Shown here piece by piece: positions 26,341 through 35,400 of a stretch of 64,000 nucleotides of DNA. The position numbers were made by a program, and so were the translations under genes. Position 1 is the stretch's first letter. Every line of letters starts with the position of its first letter. A model generated the notes under the pieces. That model searched no databases. It worked only from the letters and a program-made list of their open reading frames with translations, and had not been told where the DNA came from. Origin of the DNA: Gemmatimonadales bacterium (lineage in GTDB: Bacteria; Gemmatimonadota; Gemmatimonadetes; Gemmatimonadales; GWC2-71-9); assembly GCA_036262935.1 (NCBI GenBank), contig DATAHW010000089.1:16084-80083 (forward strand). Reading direction: 5' to 3'.

Positions 26341-29154
26341 GTGCCGACCATTCGAATCGCCCTTCGCCTCCTCCCCGCGGTGGGTCTCCTGCTCAGTTGC
26401 GGCGGAGGCGATCTCGTGCTCCCCTCCGAAGGCGAGCCCGCCGCCATCACGATCGTTCAGGGCGACGCCCAGTCCGGCCGCGTCGGCAACACGCTGGCCG
26501 AGCCGGTGGTCGCGCGAGTGACCGACTCCCAGGGCCGGCCGGTGGCCGGGATCCCGGTGGCCTTCGCATTCACGGGCGGGGTGGCCGCCACCGTGGCCCC
26601 CGATACCGCGATGACTGACGCCGACGGCCGGGCTCCCTTCCAGATCCTCCTCGGCCCCCAAGTGGGTTCGGGGAGCGCCGAAGTGCGCGTGAGCGGCTCC
26701 GCGGGGAGTGGCGCACTCGCCGCGCCGGTCCAGTTCACCGCGCTTCCAGCCAATGCGAACGAGCTGGTGCCCGTCTCCGGCGACAGCCAGTCGGCCCGGG
26801 TCGGCGGGGCGCTGGCGGACCCGCTGGTGGTGCAGGTGACCGACGCGTTCGGCAACCCGATCGCGGGGGTGGACGTCGCCTGGACCGCGGTCGATGGGGG
26901 CAGCGTGAGTCAGGCGACGGTGCAGACCGGAGACGACGGGCTCGCCTCGGTCGAGGTGACGCTCGGGCCCAACGCCGGCATCCAGCACACGACGGCGAGC
27001 GCGCCCGGGCTGGCCGGATCACCGGTCACCTTCACCGCCACCGCGCTCCCCGGCGCCGCCACCACACTCGAGGTCGTATCCGGCGACGGGCAGACCGCGC
27101 TGGTGGGGACGCCCGTCCCCGATCTGCTCGTGGTCCGCGCTCGGGATGCGGGCGGGAACCCCGTCGCGGGACTTGGCGTCACCTGGCTGGTCACGGCGGG
27201 CCGCGGGAGTGTCGCGCCGCAGAACGGCACCACCGGCCAGGACGGCCAGGCGTCCACGAGTTGGACGCTGGGGCCGGAGCCCGGGGCGAACACCGTCGCC
27301 GCGGTAATCTCCGGCGTGGGCACCGTCGAGTTTACCGCGACCGGCAATCCCGGCGCGCCGCCGGCGCTTTCGATCGAGACCCAGCCGCCCGCGACGGCCG
27401 TGCGTGGCCTGCCGCTGAGCCGCGCGCCCGCCGTTCAGTTGCGCGAGCCGGACGGGTCCGCGCGCGCACAGGCGGGTGTCCGGGTCAGCGTCAAGCTCGC
27501 CACCGCGGGTGGGACACTCCGCGGCACCCTGACACGAACCACCGGGCCGAGCGGCGGCGCCGAGTTCGGCGGCCTCGTCATCGAGGGGCCGCCTGGTACG
27601 TACGCGCTTGCCTTCTCGGCCCCGGGCTACTCCGGTGCCACCTCCGCGGGCATCGCGCTTGCCCGCGCGCCCAGCACCATCGAGATCACGTCCGACAAGC
27701 CCGACCCCTCCGCGCCCGGCGAGGCGGTGCAGGTGGCGTTCCGCGTGCAGTCCGCGGGCGGCGCGCCGGATGGCACGGTGCAGGTAACGGCTGACGACGG
27801 CTCGAGCTGCAGCGCGAACGTGGGCGCCGGTGCGTGCGCGCTGACGCTCACCGCCGTGGGCTCGCGCACGATCACCGCGACCTACTCCGGCAGCGCCGAC
27901 TTCGAGGGGGCGACGGACACCGAGTCGCACGAGGTCCAGGCGGCGCCGCCTCCCGTGCCGAGCGCGACGAGGTCTACGGTGGCCGTGGGCAACACCACGC
28001 TTCCGCTCGGTGGGAGCACCCAGGTCATCGTGACTGTCCGCGACGCGGCCGGCGGCCCCCTGCAAGGCGTGGCGGTGAGCGTCACCGGTTCGGGCGCGGC
28101 TAACCCCGTCACCCCGGCCTCCGTCACAACCGACGCGGGCGGTGCCGCGCGGTTCACCTTCGACGCCGCGGTCGCGGGCACGATGACGCTTACGGCCGTG
28201 GCGGGCGGCGTGACGCTCGGAGCGCAGCCATCGGTAACCGTTCAGCGCGCCGAGACAAAGACGAGCATTACCGCGGACGCGCCGGATCCTTCCGCGCCAG
28301 GCGAGGTGGTGACGGTGGCCTTCAGCGTCACCAGCACCGCGGGAACGCCGACCGGCACCGTCAAGATCACCGCGAGCGGTGGCGATGAGACCTGCTCCGG
28401 GAGCCTGGCCCAGGGGAGCTGCGCGCTCACGCTCACGACCGCCGGCAACAGGACCCTCACCGCGACCTACTCGGGCGATGACAACTTCTCGCCGAGCTCC
28501 GGCGTCGCGCCCCACATCGTCGGCTCGCCGAGCCTCTCGATCCAGAGGCAGCCGTCGAGCACCGCGGTCAGCGGAATCCCCTTCCACGATCAGCCGGAGC
28601 TGCAGCTCGAGGACGCAAACGGACACAAGCTCGGCCAGGCCGGCGTGGCCATCACGGCCGCACTCGCACCCGGCGCCGGTGGCTCGCTCTCGGGGACGCT
28701 CACTCGACTGACGGACAAGGACGGCCGAGCCAAGTTCGACGACCTTGCCATTACCGGCCCGGAGGGCTCGTACGCCATCGAGTTCAGCGCGGCCGGCTTC
28801 GCGTCCGTGACCTCGAGCACGATCACGCTGCAGCCCGCGCCGCCTTCCCCGACCACCACTACGATCACGTCCGACCTGCCTGATCCATCGGTTGCCGGGG
28901 TGCCGATCCCAGTGAGCTTCACCGTCACGAGTCCCGCGGGCACCCCGGCCGGCAGCGTGGTCGTCACCGCGAGCGGCGGCGAGGAGACGTGCTCCGCCAG
29001 CGTGGCCGAGGGAGGCTGCACACTCACGCTCACCGTGGCCGGGTCCAGGACCCTCACCGCCTCATTCAGCGGCGCGGGCTTCGCCGGCAGTTCGGATGAT
29101 GAGGATCATTTCGTCGTCGGGCTGGGTGGCTCGTCCGTCGCATCCGGACCGTGA
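26341..29154 (+). CDS. Large Ig-like repeat lipoprotein 3
   Basis: GTG start. Lipobox LLLSC followed by GGGDLVLP. At least three different Ig-like repeat types recur, including three Cys-pair repeats (ETCS....G.C.LTLT). Confidence 0.85.
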   Translation: MPTIRIALRLLPAVGLLLSCGGGDLVLPSEGEPAAITIVQGDAQSGRVGNTLAEPVVARVTDSQGRPVAGIPVAFAFTGGVAATVAPDTAMTDADGRAPFQILLGPQVGSGSAEVRVSGSAGSGALAAPVQFTALPANANELVPVSGDSQSARVGGALADPLVVQVTDAFGNPIAGVDVAWTAVDGGSVSQATVQTGDDGLASVEVTLGPNAGIQHTTASAPGLAGSPVTFTATALPGAATTLEVVSGDGQTALVGTPVPDLLVVRARDAGGNPVAGLGVTWLVTAGRGSVAPQNGTTGQDGQASTSWTLGPEPGANTVAAVISGVGTVEFTATGNPGAPPALSIETQPPATAVRGLPLSRAPAVQLREPDGSARAQAGVRVSVKLATAGGTLRGTLTRTTGPSGGAEFGGLVIEGPPGTYALAFSAPGYSGATSAGIALARAPSTIEITSDKPDPSAPGEAVQVAFRVQSAGGAPDGTVQVTADDGSSCSANVGAGACALTLTAVGSRTITATYSGSADFEGATDTESHEVQAAPPPVPSATRSTVAVGNTTLPLGGSTQVIVTVRDAAGGPLQGVAVSVTGSGAANPVTPASVTTDAGGAARFTFDAAVAGTMTLTAVAGGVTLGAQPSVTVQRAETKTSITADAPDPSAPGEVVTVAFSVTSTAGTPTGTVKITASGGDETCSGSLAQGSCALTLTTAGNRTLTATYSGDDNFSPSSGVAPHIVGSPSLSIQRQPSSTAVSGIPFHDQPELQLEDANGHKLGQAGVAITAALAPGAGGSLSGTLTRLTDKDGRAKFDDLAITGPEGSYAIEFSAAGFASVTSSTITLQPAPPSPTTTTITSDLPDPSVAGVPIPVSFTVTSPAGTPAGSVVVTASGGEETCSASVAEGGCTLTLTVAGSRTLTASFSGAGFAGSSDDEDHFVVGLGGSSVASGP

Positions 29155-29257
29155 GAGGCGTCGAAGTGCAATTTCTTTCATCGTCCCGAGGCGCTGACGG
29201 CTCGCGGATGTGATCCGAGTCCTAGCCGAGGCGGCATCCGCGCGGTAGCGTCAAGCC

Positions 29258-30016
29258 ATGCCCGTGCCCAGCTCATGGTTCTGCCTCGCGTTTGCCGCGT
29301 CGCTCGTCGCGTGCGGTGGCGACCTCACGCTTCCCGCGACCCCGTCCGGCGGTGACGGGTCGCCCACCGGTCCGGAGCCGCCGTCGGGCGCCGCAGTGTC
29401 GGCGGGTGACGATCGTTACTCCACGAGGGAGGGCGACGACCACACGCTCTCGATTCCATCACCGGGCGTGCTCGGGAACGACCTGGTCGAGGGCGTGCCC
29501 GGCACCGGACTCCAGGCCATCCTGCTCGAGGCCCCCGAGCACGGCCGTCTCGCGCTCCACGCCGACGGCTCGCTCGACTACACCCCCGATGCCGATTGGT
29601 TCGGCAGCGAGCGCTTCAGCTATCGCGCGGCGCTTGGCGCCACCGAGTCCGCGCCGGCGGAAGTCGTGATCGAGGTGCAGAGCGTGAACGACGCGCCACG
29701 GTTTACTCCCGGCCCCGACCAGCGGGCCGAGCACAAGGCGGATGAGCAGCAGGTCGAACACTGGGCTGGCGACATCGCCCCCGGCCCGGCCAACGAGTCG
29801 GACCAGCAGGTGAGCTTCGTGGTCGAGGTGTTGTCGGGGAACGACGTCCTGAAGGGGACGCCCACGATCAGCCCGTCGGGCACGCTTACCTATCGGCCGT
29901 CGCACCACGAGGGGAGTGCTACCATCGGGGTGCGTCTCCAGGACGACGGGGGTACGGCCAACGACGGCACCGACACCAGCCCGATCCACGTGCTGACGAT
30001 ATCGGTCGACGAGTAG
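29258..30016 (+). CDS. Cadherin-like (VNDAP) lipoprotein 4
   Basis: Lipobox SLVAC followed by GGDLTLP. The GNDL...DGSLDYTPD..W.G.D.F.Y, VNDAPRF and DDGGTANDGTD modules parallel the C-terminus of lipoprotein 2. Confidence 0.8.
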   Translation: MPVPSSWFCLAFAASLVACGGDLTLPATPSGGDGSPTGPEPPSGAAVSAGDDRYSTREGDDHTLSIPSPGVLGNDLVEGVPGTGLQAILLEAPEHGRLALHADGSLDYTPDADWFGSERFSYRAALGATESAPAEVVIEVQSVNDAPRFTPGPDQRAEHKADEQQVEHWAGDIAPGPANESDQQVSFVVEVLSGNDVLKGTPTISPSGTLTYRPSHHEGSATIGVRLQDDGGTANDGTDTSPIHVLTISVDE

Positions 30017-30117
30017 CGCGCGTTCGTCCGTTCGATGGCCGGGTCCTTTCGGTCTCCGGTGCATCGCGATACAATCCGGGTTTCCTCGGCCACTCGATCC
30101 CTCCTCGCCGTGGTCCC

Positions 30118-32031
30118 ATGATGCACCTGCTCCGTCGCCCCCTTGTATCGATCGCGCTGCTGGCCCTCGTGGCCTGCGGCGGGGGAGACCTCACGCTCCC
30201 GAACGAGGGTCAGCCGGCCAACGTGTCGGTGGTCTCGGGCGACGGCCAGACGGGGACGATTCTCGAGCCGCTCCCCGACTCCCTCGTCGTCCAGGTGACC
30301 GACCGCTTCGGGAACCCGGTGCCGGGGGTCGAGGTCACCTGGGCCGCGGAAGGCGGAGGCGACGTCCAGCCGGCCACGGCCACGACCGGAAACGACGGGC
30401 GTGCGGCCACCCAGCGCATCCTCGGCAGCCAGCCGGGGAGCTACGGCACCACCGCCCTCGTCACGCTGCTGCCCGAGAACGTCGCATCGTTCACCAACAC
30501 CGCCGTAGCAGCCAAGCTGGTGCTGGTGACGCAGCCCGGAGCGACGGCCACTTCGGGCGCGGTGATCGACCCGCAGCCGGTGCTGCAGCTCCAGGACGCG
30601 AGCGGCAATCCCGCGGCGCGGCAGGGCGTCGCGGTCACCGTGCAGATCGCGTCGGGCGAAGGGACGCTTCGCGGCACCACCACCCAGACCAGCGATGCCA
30701 CGGGGCAGGTCGCCTTCACCGACATCGCCATCGTCGGGGCGCCCGGGGCGCGCACACTCATCTTCGCCGCCTCCGGGTATGCCTCCGCCATCAGCACGAC
30801 GGTCTCCCTCGGCGTGGGTGCGCCGGCATCGGTCGTGCCTGCCGCCGGCGATGCGCAGAGCGCACCCGCCGGGACGGCGGTGCCAGTGGCGCCTGCCGTG
30901 GTGGTGCGCGATGCGGCCGGTACGCCCGTGGCGGGCCTGCAAGTCGCCTTCGTGGTAGCATCGGGCGGGGGGAGCGTCACCGGCGGCGACGCGGTCACCG
31001 ACGCCGACGGCGTCGCCACGGTCGGGCGCTGGACTCTTGGCGGCAGCGTGGGCGGCAACACGCTTCGTGCCACCGTGGCGGCGGACAACGTGAACGGCAA
31101 TCCGGTAGTCTTCACCGCGACTGCGGTCCCCGGGGCGCCGAGCGCGGACAAGAGCTCCGTCTCCGCTTCGCCCGGAACGATTTCGGCGTCGGCCGGATCG
31201 GACGGCAGCGACATAACCGTCATCGTGCGCGACAGCCGAGGCAACCCGCTCCCCGCACAGGGCGTCACGCTCGACGCCACGGGCGACGGGGTGAGCCTGA
31301 CCCAGCCCGGGCCGACGGACGCCTCCGGCACCAGCACCGGTCGCTTCAGCGCGACCACGGCGGGGGACCACACGATCTCGGCTTCAGTGGGCGGGACGAC
31401 GATCGGCAGGGCCACCGTCACCGTTGTTCCGGGAGCGCCCGTGGCCTCCGCGAGCGCCGCGGCCGTGCCGGCCGGCACGGCAGGCACGCCGACGCAGGTC
31501 GAAGTGACACTGAAGGACCAGTTCGGCAATCCGGTGCCCGGCGCGGCGGGCCAGATCACCGTGGCGGTGTCGGGCGCCAACCCTGTCGCCGGCGTCGACA
31601 TCGAGGACCGCGGCGGCGGCGCCTATCGCGCCGGCTATCGGCCGGTGCACATCGGTGTCGATCAGGTGGACGTGCGCGTCGGCGGGCAGGCCGTGCCGGG
31701 GAGCCCGTTCGCGAGCGCCGTGTCGCCGGGCGCGCCGGACCCCGGGCGGACCACCGCCGACGTCCCGGACGGCACCTTCGGGCAGACCCTGGAGTTCGTG
31801 GTGCACGTCGCTGACAGCGAGGGAAATCCGGTCGGGCACGGCGGAGACCAGGTGGCGGTGACGGTCCAGGGCGTGACCGACGGCGCCCGGCCAGTGCAGG
31901 ATGCGGGCGACGGCACCTACCACGCCACCTGGCGCCCATTCGTGTTCGGCACCTTCCAGGTGCAGATCACCTTGAACGGCGTCCCCATCGCCGGCAGCCC
32001 GTTCACCACCAGGATCGACTTCTTCCGGTAG
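30118..32031 (+). CDS. Ig-like repeat lipoprotein 5 with C-terminal filamin-type repeats
   Basis: Lipobox ALVAC followed by GGGDLTLP. Big_1-like repeats are followed by two GSPF-containing repeats (VPGSPFASAV, IAGSPFTTRI) typical of filamin/ABP280 folds. Confidence 0.85.
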   Translation: MMHLLRRPLVSIALLALVACGGGDLTLPNEGQPANVSVVSGDGQTGTILEPLPDSLVVQVTDRFGNPVPGVEVTWAAEGGGDVQPATATTGNDGRAATQRILGSQPGSYGTTALVTLLPENVASFTNTAVAAKLVLVTQPGATATSGAVIDPQPVLQLQDASGNPAARQGVAVTVQIASGEGTLRGTTTQTSDATGQVAFTDIAIVGAPGARTLIFAASGYASAISTTVSLGVGAPASVVPAAGDAQSAPAGTAVPVAPAVVVRDAAGTPVAGLQVAFVVASGGGSVTGGDAVTDADGVATVGRWTLGGSVGGNTLRATVAADNVNGNPVVFTATAVPGAPSADKSSVSASPGTISASAGSDGSDITVIVRDSRGNPLPAQGVTLDATGDGVSLTQPGPTDASGTSTGRFSATTAGDHTISASVGGTTIGRATVTVVPGAPVASASAAAVPAGTAGTPTQVEVTLKDQFGNPVPGAAGQITVAVSGANPVAGVDIEDRGGGAYRAGYRPVHIGVDQVDVRVGGQAVPGSPFASAVSPGAPDPGRTTADVPDGTFGQTLEFVVHVADSEGNPVGHGGDQVAVTVQGVTDGARPVQDAGDGTYHATWRPFVFGTFQVQITLNGVPIAGSPFTTRIDFFR

Positions 32032-32047
32032 GGCGCGGCGGACGCGG

Positions 32048-32077
32048 TTGATTTCCCCCCTCCACGGCGGCTATTTT
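32048..32077 (+). promoter_or_regulatory. Sigma-70-like promoter candidate for the tRNA pair
   Basis: TTGATT (32048-53), an 18-nt spacer, then TATTTT (32072-77), 10 nt before the tRNA-Leu 5' end. The AT-rich hexamers stand out in GC-rich DNA. Confidence 0.4.
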
Positions 32078-32087
32078 GCTGCGCTGC

Positions 32088-32169
32088 GCCCTGGTGGTGA
32101 AACTGGTAGACACGCTATCTTGAGGGGGTAGTGCCGAAAGGCGTCGCGGTTCGAATCCGCGCCAGGGCA
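32088..32169 (+). tRNA. tRNA-Leu (anticodon GAG)
   Basis: Hand-folded. Acceptor gccctgg/ccagggc, anticodon stem ctatc/ggtag with loop ttGAGgg, long variable arm tgccgaaaggcgt, T arm cgcgg-ttcgaat-ccgcg, discriminator A. No encoded CCA. Confidence 0.9.
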
Positions 32170-32212
32170 TGACCTTCGGGGGCACCGGCGTGTGCCCCCG
32201 CGCTGTTGATCG

Positions 32213-32284
32213 GCCACTGTAGCTCAGTGGTAGAGCACTCGATTCGTAATCGAGCGGTCGTCGGTTCAAGTCCGACCAGTGGCT
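32213..32284 (+). tRNA. tRNA-Thr (anticodon CGT)
   Basis: Hand-folded. Acceptor gccactg/cagtggc, D arm gctc-agtggta-gagc, anticodon stem ctcga/tcgag with loop ttCGTaa, T arm gtcgg-ttcaagt-ccgac. Confidence 0.9.
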
Positions 32285-32307
32285 CTCGCTCCGCCCCGGC
32301 TCCACAC

Positions 32308-32331
32308 GGCGCCACCGCTTCCGGTGGCGCC
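32308..32331 (+). terminator. Perfect 10-bp GC hairpin after the tRNAs (no U-tract)
   Basis: ggcgccaccg-cttc-cggtggcgcc. A second 8-bp hairpin, gggggcac-cggcgt-gtgccccc, lies between the two tRNAs (32178-32199). Confidence 0.4.
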
Positions 32332-32435
32332 GTCGTGCCTCCAGCCCATGGCGATGCCGCCCGGGGCGCAGCTACTTTCCACGGCCCCCTTTCTACCCCC
32401 AGTGCCGCCGACCGTGTGCCCGGCGCATTACGAGA

Positions 32436-35400
32436 GTGACCGTGCCGGACGATAGCCCGGAGCCCGCCATCGAGCTTCCCGCCGCCGCCGCTCCGCCGAA
32501 CGGTGGAGTGATGGGCCGGCTCATCCGGCAGAAGGACTGGTCGGCCACACCGCTCGGGCCTATCCACGCATGGCCTCAGAGCCTCCGCACGGCCGTGGGC
32601 ATCTGCACCGAATCGCGTTACCCGATGGCGATCTGGTGGGGTCCCGGCATCGTTCAGCTCTACAACGACGGCTACATCCCGGTGCTCGGAGCCAAACACC
32701 CGCACGCGCTCGGGCAGAACGGGCGCGAGTGCTGGGCCGAGATCTGGGACCTGGTCGGCCCGTTCTACACTCAGGTCATGGTGCGGGGCGAGCCCACCTG
32801 GTCGGACGACCTGCTGCTCCCCATGGATCGCTACGGGTACGTCGAGGAGACGTACTTCACCTTCTCCTACAGCCCCATTCGTGACGAGTCGGGCGGGGTC
32901 GGCGGCCTGCTCATCACCTGCGCCGAAACGACCCCGCGCGTAGTCGGCGAGCGTCGACTCGGTACGCTTCGCGACCTGGGTGCGCGCACCGGCGACGCGC
33001 GGACCGTGCGCGCCGCGTGCGATCTCGCGATGGGTATTCTGGCGCAGAACACGGCCGATGTGCCGGCCGCCGCGCTGTATCTGCTCGACCCGGCCATGCC
33101 GATCGCTAGACTTGCGGGGCGAGCCGGCCCCCCGGAAGCGCTCCCGCTTGCCGCCGCGGCCCTGGATGTGTCCGCCGCCTCGCCGTCGCCGCTCGCCCGG
33201 GTGTTCGAGACCGGCCAGGCCGCGGTGCTGCACCCCGAGGGCTCGGCCGAGCTGATCGTGCTGCCGGTCGCGGGCGCTGCCCGCACGACTCCGGTCGGCG
33301 TCCTGCTCGCGGCGGCCAACTCCCGCCGCCGCCTGGACGACTCGTATCGCGGATTCTTCGAGCTCATCGCGGGTCACATTGCGAGCGCCATCGCCAACGC
33401 GCTGGCCTACGAGGAGGCGGAACGGCGCGCCGAGGTGCTGGCCGAGCTGGATCGGGCCAAGACGGCATTCTTCAGCAATGTGAGCCACGAGTTCCGGACG
33501 CCGCTCACGCTGCTGCTCGGTCCGCTGGAAGACGCCCTGCTCGACACCGGTGAGCCGCTGCCCGCGCGGCAGCGCGATCGGGTGGAGGTTGCGCACCGCA
33601 ACAGCCTGCGGCTGTTGCGGCTGGTGAACACGCTGCTGGACGTGGCCCGGCTCGAGGCGGGCCGGATGGAGGCGGCGTTCGAGCCGGTGGACCTCGCCGC
33701 CCTGACGGCCGACCTCGCCAGCGGCTTCCGCTCCGCCGCGGAGCGGACGGGGCTCCGCTTCACGGTGGAGTGCGCGCCGCTGGCCGAGGCGGTGTTCGTC
33801 GATCGGGATATGTGGGAAAAGATCGTTCTCAACCTGCTCAGCAACGCGCTCAAGTTCACGGTCCGGGGCGAAATCGGGGTACGGCTGACGCCGCTCGATG
33901 GATCGGTGCGGCTCGAGGTGCGCGACACCGGCGTCGGGATCCCCGCGGAAGAGCTGCCGCGCATCTTCGAGCGGTTCCACCGCGTGCGTGAGGCGCGTGG
34001 TCGATCGCTCGAAGGGACCGGCATCGGACTCTCCCTGGTGCAGGACCTGGTGAAGCTGCACGGCGGCGCCATCGAGGTCGCCAGCGTCCCGTCCCAGGGG
34101 AGCACGTTCCGGGTCATCCTGCCCACGGGGCGTGCGCACCTGCCCGCGGACCAGATCGGCGAGCCGGGTGGGCGTTCGGCGGGCGCCATCGGGCCGGCCG
34201 CCTACGTCGAGGAGGCGCTCCGGTGGCTCCCGAGCGACGCGCCGGCCTCGGGGCGACAGGGCGCCCGCATCGTGCTGGCGGACGACAACGCCGACATGCG
34301 CGAGTACGTCGTGCGCCTCCTCGGCGAGGGATGGCGGGTCGAGGCCGTGGTGGACGGACGCGAGGCGCTGGAGGCGGTCCGCCGCGAGCTGCCGGACCTG
34401 GTCATCTCCGACGTCATGATGCCGGGGCTGGATGGCTTTGCGCTGCTCGCCGCGCTACGGGCGGACACCAGCACCCGGTCGCTCCCGGTGATCCTGCTCT
34501 CGGCACGCGCGGGCGAGGAGGCGCGCGTCGAGGGCCTGCGCGCCGGCGCCGACGACTACCTCGTCAAACCCTTCACCGCGCGTGAGCTGCTCGCCCGGGT
34601 CGAGTCCATGCTCACGCTGGCCAGGGTGCGCCGCGAGTCGGAGGCGGCGGTCCGCGCGAGCGAGGAGCGGTACCGGGCATTCGTCGAGCTGACCTCCGAT
34701 GCGGTGTGGCGGATCGAGCTCGAAGGGCCGGTGCCGGTGGCGCAGTCGGCGGACGAGCAGATCGACCGGATCTATCAGCATGCCTGGCTCGCCGAGTGCA
34801 ACGATGCCATGGCGCACATGTACGGCGTGGCCTCCGCCGCCGAGCTGACCGGAGCGCGCCTGGGCGAGCTGCTGCCTCGCACCGATCCGGCCAACCTGGC
34901 CTACCTGCACGCCTTCATCGCCAACAGCTACCGTCTCATCGACGCCGAGTCCAACGAGGTCGGGCTCGACGGCCGCCCGCGCTACTTCGTGAACAACCTG
35001 TTCGGCATCGTGGAGGATGGCGGCCTCGTCCGCGTCTGGGGCTCGCAGCGGGACATCACTGAGCGCCGCCGGACCATGGAGCGGCTGCAACGGGCCCAGC
35101 GGATGGAGTCGGTCGGCAAGCTGGCGGGCGGGATCGCGCACGAGGTGAACAACATGATGTCCGTCGTGCTCGGCTGCTCCGAGTTCGTGCTCCGCCGCCC
35201 CGACCTCGACCCCGCGGTGCGCGCCGACGTCGAGCAGGTGCGGCAGGCCGCCGAGCGCTCGGCCGCCATCACGGCCCAGCTCCTCGCGTTCGGCCGCCGG
35301 CAGATGCTGCAGCCGGTGCCGCTCGATCTCAACGCCGTCGTGCGCGAGCTGGAGCCGGTCCTCCGCCGGACGCTGGGGGAGAGCGCGACCGTCGAGCTCC

